DNA from: an uncultured delta proteobacterium
GTDB taxonomy: Bacteria; Myxococcota_A; Polyangia; Polyangiales; Polyangiaceae
Direction: 5' to 3'
Assembly (NCBI GenBank): GCA_963782055.1
Contig: CAWAIF010000003.1
Span: 6,560,001 to 6,624,000, forward strand
DNA length: 64,000 bases
In this document: positions 50,478-59,969 of the stretch, piece by piece
How the letters are laid out: every line of letters starts with the position of its first letter
Position numbering within the stretch: position 1 is the first letter of the stretch
Made by a program: the position numbers and the translations under genes
The notes under the pieces: generated by a model
Databases searched by the model: none
What the model was told of the DNA's origin: nothing
Seen by the model: only the letters and a program-made list of their open reading frames with translations

Positions 50478-51647
50478 TCAGAGGCCGATGAGCTTCGCCA
50501 CGTAGTAGCGCATCGTCTCGGTCGTGCCGCCGCCGATGCGGAACAGGCGCTGATCCCGCCACGCGCGGGCGATGTGGTACTCCTCGATGTACCCGGCGCC
50601 GCCGTGGAACTGCAGGCACTGGTCGGCGACCTCCGAGACCACGTCGCCCATGAAGATCTTCGCCATCGAGATGAGCTTCACGGTGTCGAAGCTGATGGGC
50701 TCCTTCTTCACGTAGCGCTCGTCGTTGTACTCCTCCACCGCCTTGTAGGCGAGGGCGCGCCCGGCCTCCAGCTTCGTCATCAGGTCGACGAACTTGTGCT
50801 GCCAGTACTCGCGCTTGATGATCGGCTTGCCGAACGCCTTGCGATCGCGCCCGTAGGCGATGGCCTCCTCGATCATGATCTGCGCGCCGGCGGCGCTGCT
50901 CGTCGAGGCGATCAGCCGCTCGCTCTGGAAGTTCTGCATGAGGTACATGAACCCCATGTTCTCTTCCCCGAGCAGGTAGCGCTTCGGGACGCGCATGTCC
51001 TCGAAGTGCAGCTCCGCGGTGTCGCTGGAGTGGTTGCCCAGCTTCTTCAGCTTCCGGGACACGCCGAAGCCCTTGGTGCTGGTCGGCACCAGGAAGAAGC
51101 TGCAGCCGTGGGCGCCCGCCTCCGGGTTGGTCTTCACGAGCAGGGTGACGAAGTCGGCGCGGGTGCCGTTGGTGATGTAGGTCTTCGACCCGTTGATGAC
51201 GTAGTCGTCGCCGTCCTTCTTCGCCCACGTCTGGATGCCGGCGACGTCGCTGCCTGCGTTGGGCTCGCTCACGCCGAGGGCCGCGATCTTGTCGCCGTGG
51301 AGGGCGGGGGTCAGAAACTCGGCGATCTGCTCCTTGGTCCCCAGGTCGCCGATGACCGGGGTGGCCATATCCGCCTGGACGAGCAGACCCATGCTCACGC
51401 CCGCCATCAGGCAGCGCGGCAGCTCCTCGCTCTTGACCACCGAGAACCAGTAGTCGCCGCCACCGCCGCCGATCTCCTCCGGGTAGTGGGCGCCGGTGAT
51501 GCCGAGCTCGCCCGCGCGCTTGAAGACCCAGTTGGGGAAGAGCTCGTCCCGTTCCCACTCCTCGACGTGGGGAGCGAGCTCCTTCTCGGCGAACTGGCGG
51601 ACGGTCTTGCGGAAGTGCTGGTGCTCTTCGCCAAAGGGGGTCGGCAT
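50478..51647 (-). CDS. Acyl-CoA dehydrogenase
   Basis: SEPNAGSD, NGSKTYITNG, RKAFG, QFHGGAGY and IGGGTTE. Confidence 0.95.
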   Translation of the reverse strand: MPTPFGEEHQHFRKTVRQFAEKELAPHVEEWERDELFPNWVFKRAGELGITGAHYPEEIGGGGGDYWFSVVKSEELPRCLMAGVSMGLLVQADMATPVIGDLGTKEQIAEFLTPALHGDKIAALGVSEPNAGSDVAGIQTWAKKDGDDYVINGSKTYITNGTRADFVTLLVKTNPEAGAHGCSFFLVPTSTKGFGVSRKLKKLGNHSSDTAELHFEDMRVPKRYLLGEENMGFMYLMQNFQSERLIASTSSAAGAQIMIEEAIAYGRDRKAFGKPIIKREYWQHKFVDLMTKLEAGRALAYKAVEEYNDERYVKKEPISFDTVKLISMAKIFMGDVVSEVADQCLQFHGGAGYIEEYHIARAWRDQRLFRIGGGTTETMRYYVAKLIGL

Positions 51648-51694
51648 GGCGGCTCCTGGGGGGCTTGGGGTCGGACGATTGTTGCGTCCGCGAA

Positions 51695-51713
51695 ATGTTT
51701 GTACACGAAATAT
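51695..51713. promoter_or_regulatory. AT-rich imperfect inverted repeat, candidate operator
   Basis: ATGTTT-GTACACG-AAATAT about 50 nt upstream of the acyl-CoA dehydrogenase start. Confidence 0.4.
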
Positions 51714-51912
51714 CTTGCCCCGCAATAGGCCAGTTTCCGCCCCATCCCCCCCGCCACCGGATCGGTAGCCGGCAAACGATCGGCGGCGGCGCGGAGTCGG
51801 GGCGGAGCGCGCCCCCCTGGCCATGCCCGGTCATGAGGGGCTGACGAGCCGCGAGGGCGGCCGCCGTCGTCGCCTTGCGGGGGCCGTGCCCAGGCCGCAC
51901 GCTGACAGCAGC

Positions 51913-52332
51913 ATGAGCGTGGCCTCCCTCTCCCGCAGGCTCGTCCTGGCCGGCGTGCTGGAGGCGCTCGCCGACGACCACGGCGGCTACGACCTGCTCG
52001 ATCACTGGCAGCAGGGAGAGTTCCACCACGACGTGGTGCTCCGGGTGACCCGCCCCGACGGCCTCCCCGGCGACATCCTGGTGGTGGCCACCAACTGCAA
52101 CGGCGGCGTGAAGGAGATCCTCTGCTTCGACCGCATCCCGGACCGCTGGGCCCTCTGGCACGCCCGCTGCCCTCGGAACCCGGAGTTTCGCGGCGAGCTG
52201 CCGCCCCTGCTCGACCGCGCGAGGACCGAGCACTGGTTCGACCCGTGTGCGCTCCTCGTCGCCGACGCGCGCAGCGAGCTCCGGCCCGAGCACCGCGAGC
52301 GCATGCGCGGCGGCGGCTGGTGCAAGCGCTGA
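51913..52332 (+). CDS. Hypothetical protein (His/Cys/Trp-rich)
   Basis: GC3-biased ORF; HWQQGEFHHD, TNCNGGVKE and HWFDPC. Confidence 0.7.
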   Translation: MSVASLSRRLVLAGVLEALADDHGGYDLLDHWQQGEFHHDVVLRVTRPDGLPGDILVVATNCNGGVKEILCFDRIPDRWALWHARCPRNPEFRGELPPLLDRARTEHWFDPCALLVADARSELRPEHRERMRGGGWCKR

Positions 52333-52356
52333 GCGATCTCGGCTACCCTCGCGTGC

Positions 52357-53343
52357 ATGGATGAAGTCGCCGTCACCGGCGCCGCGGGCTTCGTGGGATC
52401 CGCCGTGGTGCGCGCGCTCCTCGCCCGGGGCAGGCACGTGCGGGCGCTGCTCGAGCCCGGCGCCGACACGCGCAACCTCGCCGGGCTGGAGGTAGAGCGC
52501 GTCGAGTGCGACATCACGCAGCCCGCGCAGGTGAAGCGCGCGCTCGCCGGGTGCGCGTCGCTCTTCCACCTGGCCGCCATCTACAAGCTCTGGGTGCCGG
52601 ACCCCGAGCCGCTCTACCGCGTCAACGTGGAGGGCACCACCAACGTCCTGCTCGCCGCCCTGCAGGCCGGTATCCGCCGCGTGGTCCACACCAGCTCCAT
52701 CATGGCCATCGGCCTGGCCGACAGCGGCCCCACCGACGAGTCGCAGCGCTTCAACATCTTCGACATCGCCGGGCCTTACACGATGACCAAGTACGTGAGC
52801 GAGCGCATCGCCCTGCGCTTCGCCCAGGCGGGCCTGCCGCTCACCGTCGTGGCCCCCAGCATGCCCTTCGGCCCGGGCGACCGCGCGCCCACCCCCACCG
52901 GTCAGATCGTCCTCGGGGTGCTGCGCGGCGAGGTGCCCGCCATCGGCACGGGCCTGCTCAGCGTGGTCGACGTGGACGACTGCGCGACCGGCCACCTGCT
53001 CGCGGAGGAGAAGGGCGCGGTCGGCGAGCGCTACATCCTCACCTCGCATGACGTCACCCTCAAGGACTTCATCGGCGCCGTCGGCCGCGTCGCCGGCATG
53101 AAGGTGCCCAGGCTGGTGATCCCCCGCGCCCTGGGCGTCGGCATCGCCGCCGGCATGGAGTCGTATGCGCGCCACGTCTCGCACGCCGAGCCGATGGTGA
53201 CGCTCAACGAGGCCCGCTTCACGGCGCGCATGGGCGGCTACTCCGGGCGCCGGGCGCGGGACGAGCTCGGGATGCCGTCGCGGCCGCTGGAGGAGACACT
53301 GTCGCGCGCCGTGGCCTGGTTCCGCGCGGAGGGCATGGCCTGA
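52357..53343 (+). CDS. HpnA/dihydroflavonol-reductase-like extended SDR
   Basis: TGAAGFVG, HLAAIY, YTMTK, GPGD..PTPTG and GERYIL. Confidence 0.88.
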   Translation: MDEVAVTGAAGFVGSAVVRALLARGRHVRALLEPGADTRNLAGLEVERVECDITQPAQVKRALAGCASLFHLAAIYKLWVPDPEPLYRVNVEGTTNVLLAALQAGIRRVVHTSSIMAIGLADSGPTDESQRFNIFDIAGPYTMTKYVSERIALRFAQAGLPLTVVAPSMPFGPGDRAPTPTGQIVLGVLRGEVPAIGTGLLSVVDVDDCATGHLLAEEKGAVGERYILTSHDVTLKDFIGAVGRVAGMKVPRLVIPRALGVGIAAGMESYARHVSHAEPMVTLNEARFTARMGGYSGRRARDELGMPSRPLEETLSRAVAWFRAEGMA

Positions 53344-53367
53344 GCTGCCGGCCCTCGCGGGTGGGGC

Positions 53368-54186
53368 TCAGCGCTTGGGCCGCCGCTTCGGCGCCGGCTT
53401 GCGCCGCGCCGCCTTCTTCGCCGCCGCGGGCTTGCGCGCCGCGGACTTCTTCGCGCCCGCCTTCTTCGCCGCCGCGCGCTTGGTGGTCGCGCCCTGCCTC
53501 GCCGCCGGGCGCTTGACGGCCGTCTTGCGCTTCGCCGTCACCTTGCGCTTCGGCGCCGCCTTGCGCTTCGGCGCCGCCTTCTTCGGAGCCGCCTTCTTCG
53601 GAGCCGCCTTCTTCGGCGCCGCCTTCTTCGGCGCCGCTTTCTTCGGCGCCGCCTTCTTCGGAGCCGCCTTCGCGGCCGCCTTCCGCGGCGCCGCCTTCTT
53701 CGGCCCCGGCCGGTCCGTCTTCTTCTTGGCCGGCTCCCCGTGAGAGTAGCCAAGCACGCCGTTCGTCTCCGCGCGCGGCACCCCCTCGCGCTGCGAGCGC
53801 CTCGCGGCGAGCGTCCGCTTCACCTTCGCGTCCAGCTCGGAGAGCTGGAACGGCTTGTCGATGTGCGCGTCGGCGCCGTAGAGCGGGCTCGTCAGCTCGT
53901 TCACCCGCTCGCCGATGCCCGTCAGCATCAGCACGCCGGTGTGCGCGAGCGCGATGTCCTCGCGGATCTTCTTGCACACCTCCCACCCGCTCATCTCGGG
54001 CATCATCACGTCCAGCACGACGAGGTCGGGCAGCCGCTCGCGCGCGAGGCGCAGCGCCTGCTCGCCGTCCTCGGCGGCGATGACCTCCAGCTTGGGGTCC
54101 TCGAAGGAGCGCAGATGGTCGACCACCAGCTCGCGCATCAACGGTTCGTCGTCGGCCACGAGCACCAGGGGGTTGGGGTCCTGCAT
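53368..54186 (-). CDS. Response regulator receiver fused to a histone H1-like Lys/Ala/Pro tail
   Basis: VADDE, LDVMMP, LTG and KPF, followed by more than 100 aa of KKAAP/KRKAAP repeats. Confidence 0.88.
   Translation of the reverse strand: MQDPNPLVLVADDEPLMRELVVDHLRSFEDPKLEVIAAEDGEQALRLARERLPDLVVLDVMMPEMSGWEVCKKIREDIALAHTGVLMLTGIGERVNELTSPLYGADAHIDKPFQLSELDAKVKRTLAARRSQREGVPRAETNGVLGYSHGEPAKKKTDRPGPKKAAPRKAAAKAAPKKAAPKKAAPKKAAPKKAAPKKAAPKKAAPKRKAAPKRKVTAKRKTAVKRPAARQGATTKRAAAKKAGAKKSAARKPAAAKKAARRKPAPKRRPKR
53566..53670. repeat. Seven tandem 15-bp units CTTCGGMGCCGCYTT (encoding KAAPK)
   Basis: Read directly from the sequence. Confidence 0.92.
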
Positions 54187-54333
54187 GGGCGCGATTGTCA
54201 GTTTTTCTCGGCGGCGGGGTCAAGGCCTCCTTGAGGCCCGCGCACACGTGGGACGACAGCCCGGAGGGCGCCGGACCCGGCCCGGGCGGATCGGGCCTTG
54301 TGATGCGGCCAAAAACCGACCATCTTGCGCTCG

Positions 54334-54888
54334 ATGCGCGCGCTCCCCCTCGCGATCCTCGGCCTGCTCTGCGCCTGCCAGCCCACGCAGTCGGAGGCGT
54401 CGCGCCCCGCGGGCATCACCCTGCCGACCCTCCCCCCGCAGAACGTGGGCGATCCCATCTGCGGCCCGGGCTGGCAATGGGACGGCTCGCATTGCCTCCA
54501 CGTCGAGACGGCGGCGGCGCCCGCCACCGGCGGCGTGACGGCCAGCCTGCCCGCGCCGACAGGTCTTGAGACGACCGACGTGGTCATCGGCACCGGCGCG
54601 GAGGCGCATCCGGGCGACCTCGTCGCCGTCCAGTACGTGGGCAGCCTCGCCAACGGCACCGAGTTCGACGCCTCGAGCAAGCACGGCGGCACGCCCTTCG
54701 AGTTTCGCATCGGCGACGGCAAGGTGATCAAGGGCCTGGAGCGCGGCGTCGTCGGCATGAAGGTGGGCGGCAAGCGCCGCATCACCATCCCGCCCGACCT
54801 GGCCTACGGCAAGCGCGGCATCCCGCCGGTCATCCCGCCGAACGCCACCCTCGTCTTCCAGATCGACATGGTCTCGGTGAAGAAGTGA
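54334..54888 (+). CDS. FKBP-type peptidyl-prolyl isomerase, lipoprotein
   Basis: YVGSLANGTEFDAS, VIKG, IPPDLAYG and IPPNATLVF. Confidence 0.93.
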   Translation: MRALPLAILGLLCACQPTQSEASRPAGITLPTLPPQNVGDPICGPGWQWDGSHCLHVETAAAPATGGVTASLPAPTGLETTDVVIGTGAEAHPGDLVAVQYVGSLANGTEFDASSKHGGTPFEFRIGDGKVIKGLERGVVGMKVGGKRRITIPPDLAYGKRGIPPVIPPNATLVFQIDMVSVKK

Positions 54889-54905
54889 GGGCTTGGGGGT
54901 GAGGC

Positions 54906-55331
54906 TCACTCGTCGCGGAACGTGGTGTCCACCCGCGATGTCGTCTCCACCAGCTCGCGCGACGAGTTCACGTACTTCACGATCGTCGGCATGTGCCCCT
55001 TGGTGAGCTTGAGCTTGTTCTGCATCATGCCCTTGATGGGATCGAGCTCCTTCCGGATCACCATCTTCCAGCGCGCGTAGTCCCCGACGATGACGAACGG
55101 CGCCTTCTGCGCCTCCTCCGCCGAGACCATGCGGCAGTCGGTGCACTGGCCGCGGTCGATGTCGAGCCAGAGGCCGGTGTCCTTCTCGATGCCGATGGCT
55201 GGGTCGGCCTTGACCACCATCGCCACCGCGCCGTGCGTCCAGTCCTTGCCCGCCTCCTTGTACTTGGGGTTCTGGTTGATGGCTTCCTTGTAGGCGGCGG
55301 CCCAGTCGTCCGACGGGAACAGGTGCGGCAT
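54906..55331 (-). CDS. SCP2 sterol/lipid-binding domain protein
   Basis: FPSDDW...ELDPIKGMMQNKLKL; AAGGAG RBS. Confidence 0.85.
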   Translation of the reverse strand: MPHLFPSDDWAAAYKEAINQNPKYKEAGKDWTHGAVAMVVKADPAIGIEKDTGLWLDIDRGQCTDCRMVSAEEAQKAPFVIVGDYARWKMVIRKELDPIKGMMQNKLKLTKGHMPTIVKYVNSSRELVETTSRVDTTFRDE

Positions 55332-55474
55332 CGTGGTCTCCTTCGGGCGCGGAGCGTAGTCGGCCTTCCCTCCCATGCCTAGGCCCGGTCGGGCCGCGCG
55401 GACCAGCTCGAGCGTCGCTCCCCTTCCGGCGCGGATGGACAGGCGGCGCGCGACGCGTCATGCTGCGCCCGTCG

Positions 55475-56791
55475 ATGGCGAAGCGGACCGTGCTCGGGCG
55501 CAGCGGCGGACGCCTCGACGCCGTGCTGGAATTCGCGGCGTTCGCGGCGAGGCCCATGCCGCTGGTCACCCTGCTCGACGTGGCGCCCCACCTGATCGCC
55601 AACGCCGTGGGGGCGGAGGTGTGCTCCATCTACCTGCTGGAGGGCGAGGGCGAGCTCGTCATGCGCGGCAACGTCGGCTTCGCGCGCTCCGCGCTCGGCC
55701 AGGTGCGCCTCGCCATCGGCGAGGGCATCACCGGCGAGGCGGTGGAGTACATGCGCCCCGTCATGGCCCAGCTCGCGAAGGAGCATGCGTCCTACAAGCA
55801 TTTCGACGAGCTGGGCGAGGACCGCTTCCCGGTGTTCCTCGCGGCGCCCCTGCGCGGCAAGTCCGGTCCTGTCGGCGCCGTCGTGGTGCAGCGCGCCCAT
55901 CGCCACTTCGCCGAGGCGGACGTGGAGGTGCTCGTGCTCATGGGCGCCCTCGTCGCCGCCGGCGTGCGCACCGCCGAGCTCATCGACGCCCAGCGCAACA
56001 AGCTGCCGGCGCGCAAGGCGGGAGGCGGGACGCGCAAGGTCACCCTCCCGGGGCGTCCGGTCGTGCCCGGCCGCGCTCTGGGCGCCATCGCCGCCCTGCG
56101 CCGCCCGCCACACCGCCCGGGAGAGCCGGCCGGGACACCCGCGCAGGGCGACGCCGACGTGCGCATGCTGCGCGCCGCCTTCGACGTCGGCGAGAAGGCC
56201 ATCACCGGCCTGCGCCGCCGCGCGACGCAGCTCGGCCTGATGCGGCAGTCGGGGTTCCTCGGCACGTACGTGGAGATCCTGGGCGATCAGCGCTTCCGCC
56301 AGCGCGCGTGCGAGCTGGCGGCGACGGGCATCGGCATCCCGCAGTCGCTCGGGCGCGTCGCGCGGGAGGTGGCGCGCACGGCGGTGGCGCTCACCCGCGA
56401 CCCCTTCCTGGAGGAGCGCGCGCGCGACGTCGAGGACCTGTGCGACGCCCTGAGCATGCTCGCCGCCGCCGACAAGCGCGCCGAGCTCCCGCAGAAGGCG
56501 GTCCTGGTCGGGGACGCCCTCAGCGTCTTCGACCTGCTCGTCTCCTCGCGCGCGCACCCTGTGGGCATCGCCCTCACCGAGCGCGCCTCCGGGCCGCGCA
56601 CCCGCACCCTGCTCGAGCTCATGGGCGTACCCGCCATCGTGGACGTCCACGGCCTCTTCCGCTGGGCCTCCGATGGGGACATCGCCCTGGTCGACGCCGA
56701 CCACGGCCTGGTCATCATCAACCCCAGCAAGGGGGAGATGGCCTCCCTACGAGAATCGCGCCGGCGTGCGGGCGCCCGGGAAGAAGAGTAA
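55475..56791 (+). CDS. PtsP/EI-Ntr-like protein (GAF + HPr-binding + degenerate His domain), with no PEP-binding domain
   Basis: AEVCSIYL...GEGITG GAF; PGRALG; DPFLEERARDVEDL; GVPAIV; LVDADHGLVIINP followed shortly by a stop. Start is 55460 or 55475. Confidence 0.85.
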   Translation: MAKRTVLGRSGGRLDAVLEFAAFAARPMPLVTLLDVAPHLIANAVGAEVCSIYLLEGEGELVMRGNVGFARSALGQVRLAIGEGITGEAVEYMRPVMAQLAKEHASYKHFDELGEDRFPVFLAAPLRGKSGPVGAVVVQRAHRHFAEADVEVLVLMGALVAAGVRTAELIDAQRNKLPARKAGGGTRKVTLPGRPVVPGRALGAIAALRRPPHRPGEPAGTPAQGDADVRMLRAAFDVGEKAITGLRRRATQLGLMRQSGFLGTYVEILGDQRFRQRACELAATGIGIPQSLGRVAREVARTAVALTRDPFLEERARDVEDLCDALSMLAAADKRAELPQKAVLVGDALSVFDLLVSSRAHPVGIALTERASGPRTRTLLELMGVPAIVDVHGLFRWASDGDIALVDADHGLVIINPSKGEMASLRESRRRAGAREEE

Positions 56792-56847
56792 ACTCGGCCG
56801 ATGCCCAAGGCCGAGCCGCAGCGGCGTGTCCCTGGAGTGTGCTGCCC

Positions 56848-57477
56848 GTGACCACCCCCTCCTCTCCGCCTCCCGAGCCCCAGGACGCCGTGCTGCAGGA
56901 CATCGCCGAGGAGGGTGAGCGTCCCAGCATCACCGAGGTGAACGGCACCGTCGCCCGCTTCGAGATGGCGTACGCGCCGGACGAGACGGAGCGCCACCCC
57001 TTCGGGCCGCCGCTGCTCGCCCGCATCCCGTCGATGGTCTACCTCCTCTTCGCCGTGGGGATCGTCGCGGTGGTGGCCATCGCCCACGGCTCCGGCTCCA
57101 ACAGCCGCCTCTACGTCTGGGTGGTAGAGGGAGATCGCGGCCGCCCCCTGCCCTCGCACGTGCTCGCCTTCCTCGTCTTCATCAGCGGCGTGGCGACCGT
57201 CATCCGCACCCACATGCGCGGTGTCGTGGTCAACAAGGATGGGGTGGAGGCCCGCTACCTCCTGCCGATGGGCCTGCCCCGCGTGAAGAAGTGGGCCTGG
57301 GCGCAGATCCACCGCATGGTGATGAGCGACGACGCCGAGGTGATGCTGGAGCTCTGGGACGGCGTGTACGAGCGGCTGCCCGCGGTGAGCAAGCGCAGGG
57401 ATCTCGCCGCGCTGCTGGAGCACATGGCGCAGCGCCACGGCATCGCGGTCACCCACCTCGCGTCCCTGGAGCACTGA
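56848..57477 (+). CDS. Hypothetical two-TM protein with a C-terminal PH-like domain
   Basis: Two TM helices, then GVVVNKDGV...WAWAQI. Confidence 0.7.
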   Translation: MTTPSSPPPEPQDAVLQDIAEEGERPSITEVNGTVARFEMAYAPDETERHPFGPPLLARIPSMVYLLFAVGIVAVVAIAHGSGSNSRLYVWVVEGDRGRPLPSHVLAFLVFISGVATVIRTHMRGVVVNKDGVEARYLLPMGLPRVKKWAWAQIHRMVMSDDAEVMLELWDGVYERLPAVSKRRDLAALLEHMAQRHGIAVTHLASLEH

Positions 57478-57500
57478 GGCACGCGTTCCATCGCGGCATC

Positions 57501-59969
57501 TCAGTAGGCGGCCTCCACGCCCAGGCTCGGGACGGTCACCGGGCCGATGTACTGCGGCTCGCACGTGTCCGGCTTGAAGGGGAAGAAGGTCCCCTTGTGG
57601 TCGCACGTGAGGCCGACCGCCTCCTTGTTGAGGGTGATGTTGAGGCCCTCCAGCACCAGCGCGATGTACCCGCGCCGGAAGATGCGCCACCGCTTCTCCA
57701 GCCGCACGTCGATGCGCCAGAAGGGGGGCAGGCGCCCGGAGTTGTACGGCGGGACGCTGATGCCCTGGATCTGCCGCGAGTACGGCATGCCGGAGTAGAC
57801 GGTGAAGCGGGCCCCGGCGCGCCAGCCCTTGCCCAGGTCCGCCGCGGCCACGACGTTGAGCACGTGCGTGCGATCGAACTGGCTGAGCACCTCGCCGCGC
57901 CCCGCGGGCAGCGTGAGGTGCGGTAGCCCGGGCCCCCCCAGGCCGTCGTCCGGCGCGAAGGCGACGACCGCCGCCGGCGCCTGCCGCGTGGTGCGCGAGA
58001 GCGTGTAGCTGATCCAGCCGGTGAGCCGCTTGGTGAGCGCGCGCCGGAGGAACAGCTCCACGCCGTAGCTCCGCCCCTTGACCCGCTTGTCCAGGCAGCC
58101 GGAGTCGATGTGCTGGGAGGTCCCGCTGATGCACGTCGTCAGCGCGTCGGTCAGGCCGAAGTAGTCGTGCAAGAACACCGTGGTCGTGAGCGTGAAGCCG
58201 AGCGGCAGCCGCAGCTCCACGCCCTGGCTCGCCTGGATGGAGGACTGGAGACCGCCCGCCAGCGTCCCCAGGTCGGCGCCGGGCACCGGCACGACGAACG
58301 CCGGCGGCTGGTGCGCCACACCGAAGGTCGTCACCAGGACGAGGCGCGGGTCGACCGTGATGCGCGAGGAGAGGCGCGGGTCGAGCGAGGGCGCAGCCAC
58401 CGCCGGGCCGCCGGTGAGGATCCGGCTGTCGGAGCCCAGCCCGGCGGCAATGCCCGACGCGCGCGAGGTGAAGATGTCGGCCCGCAGACCCGGCACGATC
58501 TCGATGCGGGGGTGCACGCGCCAGATGGCGTCGGCGTACGCGCCGAGCATGACGTCGTTGCGATCCGGGTAGGCGAAGCCGGAGCCGCTCGACTGCCCCG
58601 TCAGCCCGTAGTGATAGAGCATCGTGTCCGCGCCGGCGCGGACGCGCACCTTCGGGCTCAGCCGGCGGTCCAGCTCGGTGCGAAGCTGCACGGTCTCCGA
58701 CTGGACGCCCGGCGCGTCGTTGCCGTCGCTGCCCCCGCCCGCGAGCGACTGGTCGATGCCGAGGGTGAGCGCCGTGCGCAGCTTCCCCCCCGGCACGTCG
58801 TGATCCCAGCGAAGGTCGACGCGGTGGAACTCTGTGCGGAAGAGCGCGTAGAAGGGCCCGTGGCCGATGACGTTGCCGCGCTCGTCGTAGACGCTGTCGC
58901 GGTTGTCGATCTCGTCGAAGCTGCCGAAGGCGAAGAGCGAGACCCTGTCGCGCGGGGTCAGGCCGTAGCCGACGCGCCCCTGGTAGTCCCAGTACGCGAT
59001 CTGTGTGTCCGGCGCGAAGAGCTGCACCAGCGCCGCGGTGTAGCTGTAGCGGCCCGCGACCAGCGCGTCGCCGCGCCCGTGGTCGAAGGGCGTCTCGGCG
59101 AGCACACCGGCGTCGAAGAGGCGCACGTTCGCCTCGGCGTGGAGGCGCGTCGCCGGCGGCTTGGTCTCTCCGTCCAGGATGCCGCCGGTGTAGCGGCCGT
59201 AGCGGGCGGGGTAGCCGCCCGGGTAGAAGTCGACGCGGTCGATGAGGCTGGGGTGGATGACGCTCGGGCCCAGCGCGAGGTGGTAGAGGAGCGGCACCCG
59301 CACGCCGTCGATGAAGTAGCCGACGTCCCCCGGCGGCGCGCCGCGCACGAAGAAGAAGGGGAGGCCGCTCACGATGGGCGTGACGCCCGGCAGCGCGTCG
59401 ATGGCGCGGAAGGCGTCGCCGAAGGCGCCGGGGAGCTGCCGCACCTCGCCGCCGCTCAGCGACACGCTTCCGCTCTCGTGGCGCTTGCCGTGGACGTGGA
59501 CCTCCTCCGGCTTCTCCGGCGGCTTGGGCCTGGGCTTGGGCTTGACCTTTGGCGCCACCTTCGGCTTCGGGGCGGCCGGCGGCGGCGCCGGGGGGGACGG
59601 CCTGGGGGCGTGAAACGTCACCTTCATCCGGATGCGCGCGGCCACCGGCCTGTCCCCGCGACGCGCGGGGGAGAACCTCCACGCGCGGCACGCCGCGAGC
59701 GTCGCGGCGGCGAAGGGCTCCGCCCCCTCCACGACGCGCGCATCGGCGACGTGGCCCGTGCCGTCGATCAAGAGCTCGAGGATCACCGCCGCCTCGCCGG
59801 CGGCGCCCTTCGGGTAGGGAACGACACCGGCGTCCAGGGCGACGGGCGCGACGAGCGCGGGAGCCGGCGCGCGCGCGGAGCCGGCGGCCCCCGGCGGGGC
59901 GGCGTTCGCGGAGGCGGACCAGCCCAGGCACGCGATCGCGAACGCGGCGGCCTTCAGCCCCCGCGCCAC
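57501..59969 (-). CDS. TonB-dependent receptor with a fused N-terminal TonB-C domain
   Basis: Signal peptide; YPKGA...WRFSPA TonB-C; Pro/Lys linker; plug LPGAFGD...VRG...YPARYG; terminal beta strand LGVEAAY. Confidence 0.88.
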   Translation of the reverse strand: MARGLKAAAFAIACLGWSASANAAPPGAAGSARAPAPALVAPVALDAGVVPYPKGAAGEAAVILELLIDGTGHVADARVVEGAEPFAAATLAACRAWRFSPARRGDRPVAARIRMKVTFHAPRPSPPAPPPAAPKPKVAPKVKPKPRPKPPEKPEEVHVHGKRHESGSVSLSGGEVRQLPGAFGDAFRAIDALPGVTPIVSGLPFFFVRGAPPGDVGYFIDGVRVPLLYHLALGPSVIHPSLIDRVDFYPGGYPARYGRYTGGILDGETKPPATRLHAEANVRLFDAGVLAETPFDHGRGDALVAGRYSYTAALVQLFAPDTQIAYWDYQGRVGYGLTPRDRVSLFAFGSFDEIDNRDSVYDERGNVIGHGPFYALFRTEFHRVDLRWDHDVPGGKLRTALTLGIDQSLAGGGSDGNDAPGVQSETVQLRTELDRRLSPKVRVRAGADTMLYHYGLTGQSSGSGFAYPDRNDVMLGAYADAIWRVHPRIEIVPGLRADIFTSRASGIAAGLGSDSRILTGGPAVAAPSLDPRLSSRITVDPRLVLVTTFGVAHQPPAFVVPVPGADLGTLAGGLQSSIQASQGVELRLPLGFTLTTTVFLHDYFGLTDALTTCISGTSQHIDSGCLDKRVKGRSYGVELFLRRALTKRLTGWISYTLSRTTRQAPAAVVAFAPDDGLGGPGLPHLTLPAGRGEVLSQFDRTHVLNVVAAADLGKGWRAGARFTVYSGMPYSRQIQGISVPPYNSGRLPPFWRIDVRLEKRWRIFRRGYIALVLEGLNITLNKEAVGLTCDHKGTFFPFKPDTCEPQYIGPVTVPSLGVEAAY

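Noticed and set aside
53566..53670. Tandem repeats as a CRISPR array
   Set aside because: The units are contiguous, coding 15-mers with no spacers, and there are no cas genes.
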